A DNA stretch of 64,000 nt from Ylistrum balloti. Its lineage: Eukaryota. A model generated the notes under the pieces. The model saw nothing but the letters and a program-made list of their open reading frames with translations, did no database searches and was not told the origin of the DNA. This document shows, piece after piece, positions 24,706-39,700 of the stretch (position 1 is its first letter; the number at the start of each line of letters is the position of its first letter). Where the stretch lies: positions 3,410,001 to 3,474,000 of the forward strand of contig NW_026781915.1 in assembly GCF_031769215.1 (NCBI RefSeq). The letters run 5' to 3'. Both the position numbers and the translations under genes were made by a program.

Positions 24706-27700
24706 ATGATCCATAACCAGGAAGATGAATTGGATAAAGCCAACAAATATCTGCGTCTGAAAAATGTCCAGGGCAGAAACTTGTTGGTGGTGAGAGAAGT
24801 GTATCGTCGTGAGACAGTTCCTTGTCAGAGTGCCTTATGTCTCGCAGGCTGCCAGTCTGACAATAGTAAGTGCACCACTCAAATGTTGATACAGCCTTCA
24901 GACAACTCTCTATCAAAGTGCCCTGTGTCTCACTGGTGACCAAGTAAACAATAGGTACTACCAATAAAATGCAGGCTCAGCCACGAGAAATCTCGTCAGA
25001 GTGCCCTGTGTTAACGTATCAAATGTAGGTACAGCTGTCGGAAAAGTCCTTGTCATAGTACCCTGGGTCTTACTGGCTGCTAGGTAAACAGCAGTAAGTA
25101 CAAAAAGGTCTACTAATGTACCAACATTGAGATGAGCACACTAAAACAAATTTTAAATGCTTGACCACCTGCTCCAAATGAAATTAACAGTATCCGTTGG
25201 AGAGAATATGAATTCAGATTCTGTATTTCATTATGTCTTTGTTGAATCAGTATGCATAGAGACAGCACAGTAGCACTTAAGTTTAACCTTCAACCTTACT
25301 TTTTGCTGAACAATTAATATATATACCATATCATTGAGGTAAACAAACAAATCCCTCATTCACAGGAGTCCACCACACAGGAATGTCTTAACAACACATT
25401 AAAATGTCACAGGCTAAACAATGCAACTTTAACTGTCATTCCTTGATAGTGATTGTCTAGAATAATGCACATAATTCCAATCAATAGAATTTTTGTTGAG
25501 TTTAACATTACTGGTATATCATTTGTCATAATGAATGGTTCAGTACTTTGACACAGAACAGGAACAGTTATGGAAAATTACTGATATACATCAAATGTTA
25601 TGTCTGCTGCTTTTTGATGTCTCTCATGATCATTTTGTTTATAAAAAAATTTGTTACAGATGAAATTGGATTACTACCTGCAGATGTTACCCACTACCTT
25701 GTACCAGACTGCCAAGTGGCACGAGAATATTTAGAGGTGTTGGAAATACCACAGCTAACAGGAATTATTTTCCTACAGACAGTTGCCCATAGTGTAAATA
25801 TCCATAGAAGGCAAATTAGTATTTTAAAGAAAGGAATAGTAGTTTTAGATCTATACAATTTTAAGAAGTAATCAACATACCATTTTATCTAGTTAATGAT
25901 TGTTTATGATTAGTTGATTAATTATGACAAAAAACATACAGGTGTCACTTAAAAAGACTCAGGTAAGGTTCAAATGGTATAACCCATTTTTGGTGAATTT
26001 TGAAGTAGATGGAAGTAAGCTTGAATTGGATTTCCTTAAATAATGAATCTTTGATTTAATGACAGGTACAACATGAAGGTAACAGGCGATTACACAACCG
26101 ACTCAAAAACCTGGTCAGGGATAAAAGGAAGGCATCTGTCATATTTCATAATGAGTTCCAGAAGTTTTCATACTGTGAAAGATTACGAGGGGAAAACTTG
26201 GCCTCCTGGCAGAGCAGGTACAGCTAACATACTTCAGTCGTGTTATGTTACAATATTCCTATAAACATGCTATTTCAGTGCACATGCAAATGGTGAAAGT
26301 TTATGATTTAGACCTTAATCGCAATCTGCTCACTATTCATTGTACCTTGTTAATTAATGATGTTTGCGGTCACTGTGACAATGTAATACAGAAAAGTTGC
26401 ACTGTATCTACACTGCATTAGAATTAATGGTGTTCCATGTTACGTTATTATTTGCCACAGGAGTACCTATAAAGCAGCAGATTGGTTCTATAATCACCTG
26501 GCCGGACAAATACCTGTTGTAATGGTTACTCAGGACAAACAGGTATGTATATTAATGGTTACTAAGTGGGTAAAGTAGTGTTCCATTTTTTTCTATCAAA
26601 AATTTATCTGAACTTTTTTGCTGGATTTATAGTCCAATGAACAGCCAAGGTCATGTTTTGGGCACAGTCTTCTTGTGATACCTCACTGAACAAGATACAG
26701 GAGATCCACCACATTTCATCCAAGGCATTTAGGGTAAAGTGTCTCGCCAAAGGACATAACCACATCAATTCAGACTTGTCCGTTTTTTAGCTATCTGTGA
26801 AAAATAAACTGTCATAACACAATGTGGTCCTATGTTTTTGTTACTAAGGGCAAACAGGTATCCTGTTTTATCATAAATAAGGATTACAAAATTATATCCT
26901 TTCTGTATTCCTTTACAGTAGCACTTGCCACAACAGTCGAATGTATATTTCCAACATTTAAGCAGTTTAAATACTTTATACATGTTTTAATTCCAAATGG
27001 CATGAAACAATTGCAAACAACATCTTGAAACTTTCAAGCTAGATCTCAGGACAAAAAATCACCATATCTCATCTTGTATATCATAAACAGCAACACAAAT
27101 TTTCAGCATTTCTCAAAAATATTACATAATGTAAATGTTTGATTTTCACCCTAAAAAAGACAAAAATCCTATTTTCATGCTTTTTTTCTGCGTTATTTTC
27201 TGAGCCAAACTCCATCTTTTCTAAATAATCATCTTTTGCTGATATAGGTAATTACGTAGTATTCAGAACACTAAAATCTTGATGTTTAAGTTAGCACATC
27301 ATCTCTGAATAACTGAATTAGAATGTTTAGTTGGCCTTTGTCAATTTTAGCAGTGATGCCATTGTGTAGACAACCTTTTTATGATCAAAGTCTCCATATA
27401 AACATTCTGAGACTTTTTAACAAAGATTTGAAAGATGCAAATTCATGACTGAACTCTTGTAGGATCAACCACTTGACTTCACTACAAACATAACCTGTGT
27501 TTAGGGGCTTCTCTGTCCTCTTGCCTGAGAAGTCACTGTAGACAAGTTTGTATATTTGATAGGTGTACTGATTATTTTACAGGTGATAGCTGAGTATGGG
27601 AGTCAGCAGGTGAACGTCTTTGTGCTAACACTGCAGGAGTACCTGGATACCTTCTGGAAAATAATTGTGCCCAGTATAACAGATCTTGTTGACTCCATCA

Positions 27701-30700
27701 CAGCTTCTCTTGAGGCCAGAAGTAGGGGTAGGTATTAATGAAAAACTGTTGCTAGATACAACAACTGTTTCTACCAATAATTCAATACAGGGATGATGTT
27801 TTCACTATTTCATGGTACATTACATTATTGCAAAAATTGAGTTTGTGAAATAATGGGATATGGGTGTAATAGCTGTCATTTTATGTCCAGATTACAAAAT
27901 TTGAATTCGTAAAAATATGATTTGATTGTTTAAAAAGAAATCATTAAAATTTGACCCATAAAAAACGCCCAGCCATATGGTATGTAACAATTATATAATT
28001 ATCCTTCAAGAAGCCGTTGGCTGTGTGTGACTGGAGGTAACCACCACACTACACAGTTTTTGATATGATAAACATGTTAAGGCATTTTTGCATGGTTGAA
28101 ATATGGATGGGCTAATTTAATGCGATAAACTAGACATGGGTCTATTCTAAATAGGTTGAGAAAGGCTCTTTTGAACAGATGTCCCTCCTAAAGTTTTCGT
28201 TTGAATTGGGTGAAGCACATCTGATATAATCACCTCCAACTTGCTTGATCCAAAAGTTTCTTGGAGTAATGCTCCATTTTGCAAAATGTTTAGCAAAGTG
28301 TTGACCTGATAGCTCAATTTTGTCTATACAAATTGTATGCTGTGCCTACAGGAATTTGGATAATAGTGATTTTGAGGTAAATATTGACAACGAAAATTTA
28401 TTGGAAGAATGAAGGCACTTTGGTGGCTTCCACGTTTACCAGTGAAATAAAGTTAGAAATACAACGTAAATTTATTCTAAGACTTTATATCAATAAGTGA
28501 AATTCCACATACAGTCACTATAACAATGTTTTACATTTATTCATGTGAGAGTTAATCCCATATTCTTGAACTCAGTGTTTGTTCAGAATATTGCTCATGA
28601 AATTTGTACCACTTCATAGACTTAAACAATATTTTGGCATATTACTGTCATTAGATTCAACTTTAAGTTGAAATTATTTAAATTTGGTACTTTTGTGGGC
28701 AAGGAGGAGTTTTTCAATTAGTATGTGATTTTCATTTCTACTGAACAGACACAAGTTTAAAGTATAAATTAAAAACTTTTTTCAATGTTCTTTTTTTTGT
28801 AAATATGTAAAGTTTCATAAAATATGGAAGAATTTCTAAAGGTCGTTGATAAGAAATTTGAAACTTAGAAGTCATGGGTGCTAACTACTCAGTCAGATAT
28901 ATTCAAAAAGTGTCAACCATGTGTGATTGAGGTATATTCTTTAGGTGTGTATAAAACCTCGATACAAACTGTTACAGAGAAAGACTATGTAGGGTACCTA
29001 CCATCTGATGTTATTGAGGCTGGATTGAAGACAGGACATTACATTCAAGGTTTTCTCAATGTTAACAAAAGCAATGCATCACAAGAAGCTTTTGTCCATC
29101 GTAGGAGGTAAGTTTGTGGCAAATGTAACCATTACATACTTGTCTTAGGAAGTTTACCTGGCAAATGTATTCATACCTGAAATACCAGTGTAAGCATAAA
29201 TTAAATCATTGCTTTTCACTAGAACAGAAAAGGTTATGTTGCATACCTTGACCTATTTGATTTATTGACTGCTTTCTTGTAGACAGGACAGACAAGATGA
29301 CAGTGACTCAGATATACTTGTCCATGGCATGTCCAATAGGAACCGTGCTGTCCATGGTGACTTGGTAGTAGTTGAGCTGCTGCCACGATCACAGTGGCGT
29401 GGCAGGTCAAACGTCATCAGAGATGGTGATACAGGTGTGTACACCAGAATGTTGTTAAAAAAAGTCAATGTGATTCTGACAGGATTACCTTTCCTATGGT
29501 TTATTTAAATGTAGAGCTGTCTTATTATGGCATTTTTGGTTAATATAAATGTCTTAAGGTATGATACATTTTCCTAGAGCTCCTACTCTAGAGTAATTGG
29601 ACTTTACACTTCAGATACCAAAGACACAGGGGAGGATGACATTGAAGAGAACACATCAGTGATGCCAACAGGAAGGGTTGTGGCAATATCACAGCGAGCA
29701 TGGAGGGAGTATGTCGCCACCTTCTCACAGGATGAGGTAGGAAGGAAAAAGCAATAATTGTTATCATTTAATGTCCTTTTGATATACTTCAAACAAAAAT
29801 CACATATTAGTTGTCATTGGTTCGTTAACTTTTGTATATAGAAAGGAGTGTCAGAAAATGATTCAGTCCTTCTGTGGACTAACTGTTGTTTATAACTCCA
29901 AGGATAGGAAAAAGCTTTATAGGATAAGAATCCAGATGTCCGTGGTGTACCAAATACATACTGGTTTATCTCACCCTCACTGACTGGGTTTGTCATGTAA
30001 TCTAAGCCTTAAATAACCAGATATGTGATGGAACGTTTCTGAATTATTTGAAGTCCAATTCCTCTCTTCTAGTCAGTGGCTTAATATTAAGTCTGGCATT
30101 ATCATTGAGCACTTCATGAACCAGGCACATTTGCAAAGAGTGATAAAAGATAAACGTGTATTGTTACTGTATCAGAAAATCTATTATAGACACTAGTTCT
30201 CTTGTGAAAACATAAATTAACAATCTAACGCTTAAAACCTATAACCATAAGCTTGTTATATTGAACTGATGAACCATACTGACATTAATGATAACCCTAC
30301 AGGAGACCGGTCTAAAAGGCGGTAAGGTGCTTGTGATTCCTTGGAACTATCGTATCCCAAAGATACGCATCAGCACCCGCCAGGTGGAGGCACTGAAGGA
30401 TCATCGTATCGTGGTGAGGATTGACTCCTGGGACTCTGACTCACAGTATCCCAACGGCCACTTTGTTCGTGCTCTAGGGAAGATAGGGGAACTAGAGACT
30501 GAGGTGGCAGCCATTCTTATAGAGAACAACATACAGATGTCAACATTCTCTGATGCTCAGGTACATCATAAAAAGATAACAACAGTTCAGACAATGAGTT
30601 TATAGAAGTCCTATCCATTATCAAGAAAAATTCCATCTAGAATCTAGATATTTTTTGTCAATATTTTGTCCAGTTTAGGTATGTTTATCCTTTATGTATG

Positions 30701-33700
30701 AGACAACTTGATGAAACAATGACAGTTGATATTATACAGATGAAGGAGTTACCTTTGGATACAGAGGAAGACCCCTGGACTGTTGAGGAGGAGGAAGTAC
30801 TGAAACGGAGGGATTTACGCAACACTCATCTTGTGTTCAGCATAGATCCTAAAGGATGTGAAGATGTGGATGACACTCTTTCAGTCAGGTACAGAAATCA
30901 TAGGTCTGAAATTCAAATAATGTCAGAAATGTTTACTTCAATTCTTTATGTAATTGAAGTCTTGAATGTTAGTGCAGTTGTGACTATAATCTGGATGATA
31001 GTAACATGTGTTGTTTATTTCACTGACTATAGGACTCTGGATAATGGTAATTTGGAGCTGGGAGTCCATATTGCAGATGTCACACACTTTGTTAAACCAG
31101 GCACGCTGACTGACCAGGAGGGCAAAAGTCGGTCAACAACAGTATACCTTGCTGATCGCAGATATGACATGTTACCTGGGATTCTCAGTGCCAATCTGTG
31201 CTCATTAATCAGTGGTGTTGACAGGTAAGCTGATTAACTGACTAGAAAAAACAATGTTGCAGTGTATTACATACATCTAATATCATATACATTTGTCACT
31301 CTATTTACGCCCTCTTTGGCCTTTGACCACTTTTTATATGACCATTTCTTGTATACCAGCATTTTTCAACAACAGTTAAACCCCACTTTATTACTTCTTT
31401 ATATGCCGTAAAGCCCTTGATAGATTCTACAAGCTATAGATGAACAGGAGCAAACCAAGGAAGATGTCTTTCTACCCTAGGACTAGAAAGCTCTCCTGCC
31501 AAACATTACCCTTTGCTGAGACACTGGCCACCTTAAGGGCCACTGTGTCCAATCTCTGAGGTCCTTTGTTTTTTTCTGTTTTTACCCAATTTTAACCTTT
31601 TGTCAGTCCTACACCATGCACACCACCTTCATACATAGCAGAATCTTCAATCTATGGAAGGAGGTTATGACCTGACAGAAGCAAAATCTATTATCTCAAA
31701 TGTTTCAACATCACTTTGTCATTAAGTTTACATATCTGAATATAGTATTCAGTTTCAAGGTAACAGATTCAAGTGTATGAAGTTGTAAAAACTTTGTACG
31801 TTTATCATACTTCATAAGTACATTTAATCAATTCTCATTGTATCACAGACAGAGATGGGTACAAAAATAGAGCTTGTCCTTGATATGCTTGTTTAAAAAA
31901 GCAAGGATATTTTTTTTATAAGAAATTATTAAATCTACATAGACCTGAGGCCTCACAATCTCAAATTTCCGCCTTATGTACCTACTTATTTGATAGGAGA
32001 CCAGCAGAATGCTGTTTACTCTTTAAATACTTTTGACAAATCATCTGTACCTTATGAATCTTAATACGTTCAGGTGCAGAATGCAAAGTTCACCATTGAC
32101 TATTTACATTCTATATTGGTTTTGCTAATGTCATTAAAACTTTACCCATTAATTTGATTAGATATGCAGTTAGTGTAATATGGGAGCTGGACTCTTCTTA
32201 CAAACCTGTCAATGTCTGGTATGGAAAAACCATCATATGCTCGTCATACAAGTTATTCTATGAGGTAAGGTGTTTGTAAGATAATGAAAATGATGGTATT
32301 TTATTCAGAGTATTGATTTTAGATTTGTGTAAAAGGATGACATGCAGTCTTAACTTACATGTATGGGAACTGATTTCTACAATAATTGACTTGAATTTTT
32401 TATCCAATTACTTTTTTTCCATTTAGGAAATGTTGCCTTTTTACATTTATTTATTCATTGCCCTAGTTAACACTTTACTGTATAATTTGACAAAGTTTGC
32501 ATGAACTTTGTTTTACAGATAGCTCAGGCCATGGCAGATGGGATGCCAACAGATGATATAGTTCAGAATGTACCAGAACTCCAGTGTCTTCCTGAGAGTG
32601 ATGTCTGTAAAAAGTGAGCTATCCACCACTGATACAAAGCATCTATCTAGTGTTAGACTGTATGCTAGTCAAGTGTGTCTAGTCTTACACTGACTGTGCT
32701 AGTCAAGTGTGTCTAGTCTTACACTGACTGTGCTAGTCAAGTGTGTCTAGTCTTACACTGACTGTGCTAGTCAAGTGTGTCTAGTCTTACACTGACTGTT
32801 CTAGTCAAGTGTGTCTAGTCTTACACTGACTGCTAGTCAAGTGTGTCTAGTCTTACACTGACTGTGCTTGTCAAGTGTGTCTAGTCTTACACTGACTGCT
32901 AGTCAAGTGTGTCTAGTCTTACACTGACTGTGCTTGTCAAGTGTGTCTAGTCTTACACTGACTGTGCTAGTCAAGTGTGTCTAGTCTTACACTGACTGTG
33001 CTAGTCAGGTGTGTCTAGTTTTACACTGTGCTAGTCAGATGTATCTAGTCTTATACTGTGCTTGTCTTTTGTGTGTAATTTTAAACTGAAGGAGTCAGGT
33101 GTGTTCAGTCTTACACTGACTGTGCTTGTCAAGTGTGTCTAGTCTTACACTGACTGTGCTTGTCAAGTGTGTCTAGTCTTACACTGACTGTGCTAGTCAA
33201 GTGTGTCTAGTCTTACACTGACTGTGCTAGTCAAGTGTGTCTAGTTTTACACTGTGCTAGTCAGGTGTGTTAGTCTTATACTGTGCTTGTCTTTTGTGTG
33301 TAATTTTAAACTGAAGGAGTCAGGTGTGTTCAGTCTTACACTGACTGTGCTTGTCAAGTGTGTTAAGTCTTACACTGTATGAGTCAGGTGTGTTAAGTCT
33401 TACACTGTATGAGTTAGGTGTGTTAAGTCTTACACTGTATGAGTCAGGTGTGTTAAGTCTTACACTGTATGAGTCAGGTGTGTTAAGTCTTACACTGTAT
33501 GAGTCAGGTGTGTTAAGTCTTACACTGTATGAGTCAAGTGTGTTAAGTCTTACACTGTATGAGTCAGGTGTGTTAAGTCTTACACTGTATGAGTTAGGTG
33601 TGTTAAGTCTTACACTGACTGTGCTTGTCAGGTGTGTCTAATCTTACATTGTGTGAGTTAGGTGTGTCTAGTTTTACACAACATTAGTGAGGTGTGCCTA

Positions 33701-36700
33701 ATTTTATGCAGTGCGTTTATAGTGTGTGAGTAATCACTGCTCACTGTAGTTATCCATATTGTTCTTAAGAGATGTCTAATACGCCTTATAATCCTGGGCT
33801 TACAGGATAACCTAGTATCATATCGTTGTTACTCACAGAGTGACAGAGTTACGAGCTGCAGTCTGTCGCTTGATGGCAGTTGCACGTCACCTCAAGGCCA
33901 GGCGAGTGAGAGGTGGAGCACTGGAGCTTGAGAGCACTGAAGTCCAGATACAGCTGACAGAGACTAATAGTGTTGAGGACCTTACACCTAAAGAGGTATA
34001 TGTTATACTTAAAATCTTGCGACGTTTTTTTGGTTTATGAAGGAGATGTAACTTTGTTATTTTCCCTTAAGTATATTACACGTGCTTCAATATATAAATT
34101 TTTATTCATTGTCAGAAATATTATCAAGTACTATTTATACCAAAAGGTATGGTTGTCAGAATGTCTGAAGGACACTCCATTAATCATTTTAGATAATGCA
34201 TTATTTGTTTTTTGAATTTCAGCATCTTGAAGTCCATGAAACAATAGCTGAATGCATGATTTTTGCAAATCATTGGGTGGCAAAGAAAATTGCAGAGGCC
34301 TTTCCAAACTCAGCCTTGGTAAGCATAGCTGATAAATATGAAAATTGATATAAGAAAGCCTTTTTTTCAAAATTCTTTTGATCTGAATGTTTTCCAAGGA
34401 TACATCTTAGCCATGATTATATCATTGAAATGACAGTCTAAATTTGTAATTTGCATTGGTTAACTACTCAAACAGGATTATCCCTTTTCGTTTTATTTAG
34501 GTAAAGAATCGGCCCAGTTCCCAGTAAATCGCTTGTTTAGTAAAATTCAGAGTAGAGCTGGGTTCCCATTAAAATATTCATTTAAGTATAATGTAGGGTA
34601 GAGATACAGTCCACTTCCCAGTAAAACGTTCCTTATAGGATAATTTAGGGTTGAGATACAGCCTAGTTCCAAGTGAAAGTAAAACTTTCTATCCTATTTC
34701 AATTAATCATAAATAAGGAGAAAAAGGATTGAAGTGTGACAATATGTAATCTGTAACTTTAAACGTTAAATCAGAATATAATTACCATTAATATCTATAA
34801 AACATTTATTGTTTGAAGAAGTAATGTAATGTGCATGTACATGTATTTACTTCTTGGTTTAAAAATGAAATTGTGTTTTAAAAAACTAGAAATACATCCT
34901 GTATCGAATATGCTTTCATGCTTTACTTAAAACTTTTTTATCATGAACTTTGGAAAATATAACCTGCAAAAAAATCATAAAAAACTCACAGTAAAGAACT
35001 GAGTTTACTATATGGAAACAATCACACCATTACCTGGTATTGTTTTTGTATGATACTAGTATTACTATCAATTCAAGTCGTTTAGGAATCTTAAAATGTG
35101 GTATTAATATATATTGGAAGCACATGCATATGTATATTACAATTCATACTGTGAAAAATATGAAATGAAATGATATTTGTGTACGTGGAAATGTGTCTGA
35201 TGTATAGGTAACGTAATTAACATGTGTGAGTTATTGTCATACAGTTGCGACATCACCCCCTACCTCGAGAAGACAAGTTTGAGAACCTACTAACCTGTGC
35301 AAGTGCAAAGAACTACAAAGTACACACAGAATCAAGTAAGGCTCTAGCTGAGTCACTGGACAGGTGTGATGACCCACATGATCCTGTCGTCAACAAGGTA
35401 AGTTAACTACAGATGTAGTTGCTTGGTTGGTTGGTAGGTTAAATAGTTTTCCATCTCGGTCACTCTTCCTATTGTAAGGCGTTGTTTCACTGATGAATGT
35501 CAGCATTGTTGCATTATGAGGGGGCAACATGTATCCTCTTATGTGATGGAGCCATCTGCCTGGATGTCTGTATGTTGAATAGTTTTGGAAGATGGCTCCT
35601 GAGCCTAATGGTGCCTTATCTTGTCAGTGACACGTATGGTGTTCAGAACATCCTACCAGTTGTCTTAAGTCTGACTGGAAGGAGTAGCTAAGGGGCTGAG
35701 TGAGGTCTACAGAGTTTTAAATATGACATGATTTAGACATCCATTTTATACCCTAATGAAGATGAAATTTTTTGTAGTTGCTTAAAATTCCTTGTAAGAC
35801 ATAACTAAGTAAGCAGGTATCATCATATCAAAGATTCAGTCCAAGCAAGATTCCTTGTCAGTTAAGTCTGAAATGTTAGTTTGAAATATAGCTTTAATGT
35901 TATTGTTTTCTTTAAAAACTCACAATAATAAAACTTTTGTTAAAAGAACCAGCTTGTATCTTCATTTTGACTATTACAGCTGCTAAGGTCACTCGCTACC
36001 ATGGCAATGTCTAATGCTGCCTATTTCTCCACTGGGACTTTACCACGAGATCAGTTTTTCCACTACGGATTGGCCCTGGATCTGTATACACATTTTACAT
36101 CACCAATCAGGAGATACGCTGATATTTTGGTAATGAGTTGCTGATTCCTAGTGTTCTGCACCTACTCTCTGTATAACAGAATTCTGGATTTTGACTTTTG
36201 AAAATCAATATTTCTTGAAACATAAGATACATATTCAGAAAGAGTCCAGGTTGTGCATTCCACATTTTGAGCTGAATTTGATGTAAAAGACCCCATCTGT
36301 AATTTTGAATTTTTTCTGCTTCTCAAATGTATTTAAGGTATTCTTCAACTTTATAAACATCTATATGATACATATCTTTCTGTAAAAAAAATGGTAATGC
36401 TGATAGACTTTGTTGCCAAGACGACTGTTTTAAGTCGTTAAAATGAAAAAGGAAAAATCTGTTTTTATCAGTTTCATGACATGCAGAATTGAAATTCCTA
36501 TAAGAACCAATTATAGTTAAAACTGCTTATGAAAAAGAAGAGCAGTCATCATGAAAAATGTGTACATAAAGGTTAATTTATTGAATTTTTTAGGTACATC
36601 GACAATTGATGGCAGCTGTCAGCAAGTCCACGGATGCAAATGGTCTACCTAGTAACAAGGAGCTAGAGGAATTATCGGAACACATCAACCATCAACACAG

Positions 36701-39700
36701 AGTATGTTTGTGGCTAAGTCTAATCAAGTCAATACAAACAATAAGGTTTCCTGTTAGAATTTTTAAGTCAATCTACTTGTGTATCTCTGTTATAGATGTA
36801 AAATTACAGGAGAGCAGTTGGCAGATATCTTCAAATTTGGTTGGATTGAAATCTAAATTGACCACCAACATAGAGTTTAAGAATGTGTAAACAGTATATA
36901 ACAGGTGATCCAAGGGAAAAGGGAAAGGATAGAAACTTAAAAGATAGAAGGTCCCAAATATTACATCAGCACTGTAATGCAAGTGAGCAGTGTTCATGTC
37001 TTAGGTGTACCAAAATCTGTATGGCTTCCACACTACTTTCTCCTGTTAGGTTTTCTCACTACAACTTTTTGTACAGCTTGTAAACTTCTGGCTTCTGTTA
37101 GCCCTCACACTACAGCGTCCTGTTGAGCCCCCATGCAATAGCCTTCTGTTAGCCCTCACACTACAGCATCCTGTTGAGCCCCCATGCAATAAATAGCCTT
37201 CTGTTAGCCTTCACAATATGTCCTCCTTTCCCAACCCCACACTACATTCTCAGTTGATTGGTTGGCAGGTTTTCTGCCTCCTCCCATGTCCAAGTATTAT
37301 CACACAGATGAATGTCAGTGTTCTGTTGACATGAGATGGCAACCTGCATTCCCCTCAGAGGGATGGAACCATCTGTAGCGGGTAATATTTTATTATGTTA
37401 GTTTAGAAGATGGCTCCAGGGTCTAATAATCCATTATACTAAATCTAGCAGTTTGAAACATGTCCTGAAGCTGAAAGGAAGAATTGGGGGCCTCCTTAGA
37501 TTTGGTTTAGGTTAGAGTAATTTTGAAGTCTGTCAAATGCCTAAAAAAATAATTGTAAAACCAATCACTACCCCTAAAACCCTGGACTGGCGTTATCCCG
37601 CTTACTCTTTTCCAAAAAGCCACAGAGGGATCTTTAGCGTGTGAGAGTGAACAGTCCTCACACAGATCTACATTCTCCTGTTTAGACCCTAAATATAACA
37701 CAGTTTCCTGTTCAGCCCCCAAAATATGGCCTCCTTTTTGGCCCACAACATTACAGCCTTCTGTTTCACCACAACACTACTGCCTCCTGTTCTGCCCTAA
37801 CTCATATAACATGTTTCTCCATACCCCCCCCCCCCCTCCTCCATTCTCCCTACTACAGCCTCCTGTCTGCCTCAAGCTACAGCATCATATCCATTCGTAA
37901 TGCTACAGCCTCCTGCTCCACCCCTACAATACAACATCTTGGTCACCCCTAGTCCTACTACCATCTGTTCTGCCCCCGCACTACAGCCTCCTGTTCTATC
38001 CCTATTCAACATCCTCTTGTTCTGCTCCAATGCAGCAGTCTCCTGTTCTGCCGTCACACTACAGCCTCCTATTCTGTACCAACTCTACATCCTCTTGTTC
38101 TGCCATTAAGCTACAGTTGCCTGTTCTGTTCACATATTTCAGCCTCCTTTTCCAAACCCACTCTGCAGCCTCCAGTTCCATCCCTCTACTACAGCCTACA
38201 GTTCCACCCCTCTACTACAGCCTTCGGTTCTTCCCCAAACCTACAGAGTCCTGTGATTGATTTCCTTTGAAGATTGAAAATTTATCTATTACAAATAATA
38301 CAGAAAGCTGTCTGATTTGTCCAACCAAGACGGCATACAATTGAATTTAATCCAGTAAGGCTATATTATAGTCAGCGTCACACTGTTAATTTGCTACTCA
38401 TCGTGTAGACATAAATTTACAACATGCCTGGTAACAGTGGCAGTTGTACTAACATGTTCTGTGTTAATCGTATTCCAGATTTGTCAAAGTTTTATTTGAC
38501 AAAATTTTGATGTATATAAACAAATTCATAGACAATCAATTTAATCATTCATTCTCAGGCATCCCAGAATGCACAGCGAGACTCACAGGAACTATTTCAG
38601 TACCTTTTCTTCAAGGGTCGTGACCCAGATGATGAATGCTGTATTGTAGATGCTGTCATCTTTCAACTGAGAGAAAATGGCATATTTGTTTTGGTACCAA
38701 GGTATGTAATGCTGACATAACTTTGCTGATGTGGTATGGCATCACTTTCAAACAAAAATCAAGGCTATATTGTTTGTTGAAGTTTTGCCTTTGATTGTTT
38801 GTTTATTTTTTTGTACTGACAAGTATTAGTTTGTTGATGGATGTCTTTTTTGTAGGGAACCAAGATAGTATTGTCAATAGAATATCAATTTTGACTGAAG
38901 ATTTGTGGAGTGCGGTTTAACAATTCCTACCCAGTGTTCTGGATAGTTTTGTCAGTGTGATGTTTGTTGACTGATGAATGTTGTGAAGTGCCTTACGTAC
39001 TGACTGATGTCATGTTAATAGGTATGGTATGAAAGGTCCAGTGTATTTGAAGAACAAGGAAGGTCAGATGGCCTATGTCCAGGCATTTGGTCAGTTGGAA
39101 TGGACAGGAGGCAATATCACCAAGAGGGGCCACACTTTGACAGTGAATACGATGTTTGGTGCCCAGAGTTACACACTGCTGGATCACATCACCGTAAGTC
39201 GATAGGCTATAAGTATTTCATACAAGGGATTTCTTCATTACAGGGACTAAACAGATAAATTTATATATTTTTTATGCCTTTCACCAATTTATGGGATGGG
39301 GGATGAACATATACTCCTATCATATCTGTCTGGGCTGTCACATCTTGTTCCAAACCAGTGTTCTATCTTGAGATTTGGTTGACATTTACCCGTTAGTATC
39401 GTAACATCAAGTTTTATACCTGATGAGATTCTGATATGCATAGGCAGATTCCCTTGTTATTCATTTGTTTAGGAGATTTTGTTTATCAGCTCAATACCCT
39501 CCTAAACATAAGTTCATATTTACACTATAGTAGTGTTAGAATAATTTTTACACCTGACTGTACAACAGAACCCACTTTTTATGATTCGATGTTGTCCAGA
39601 GAAATATGTCATTACCACTGCACTATGATAACAAAAAAGCTAGGTAGGTCACATTAACGGGAATGGATACATTTTGTATGTCAACATATGGTTTTAAATG

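Noticed and set aside
33351-33641. 96-aa ORF with [10 protein letters not shown] repeats
   Set aside because: It is a by-product of a stop-free 30-bp minisatellite inside a DIS3L intron.
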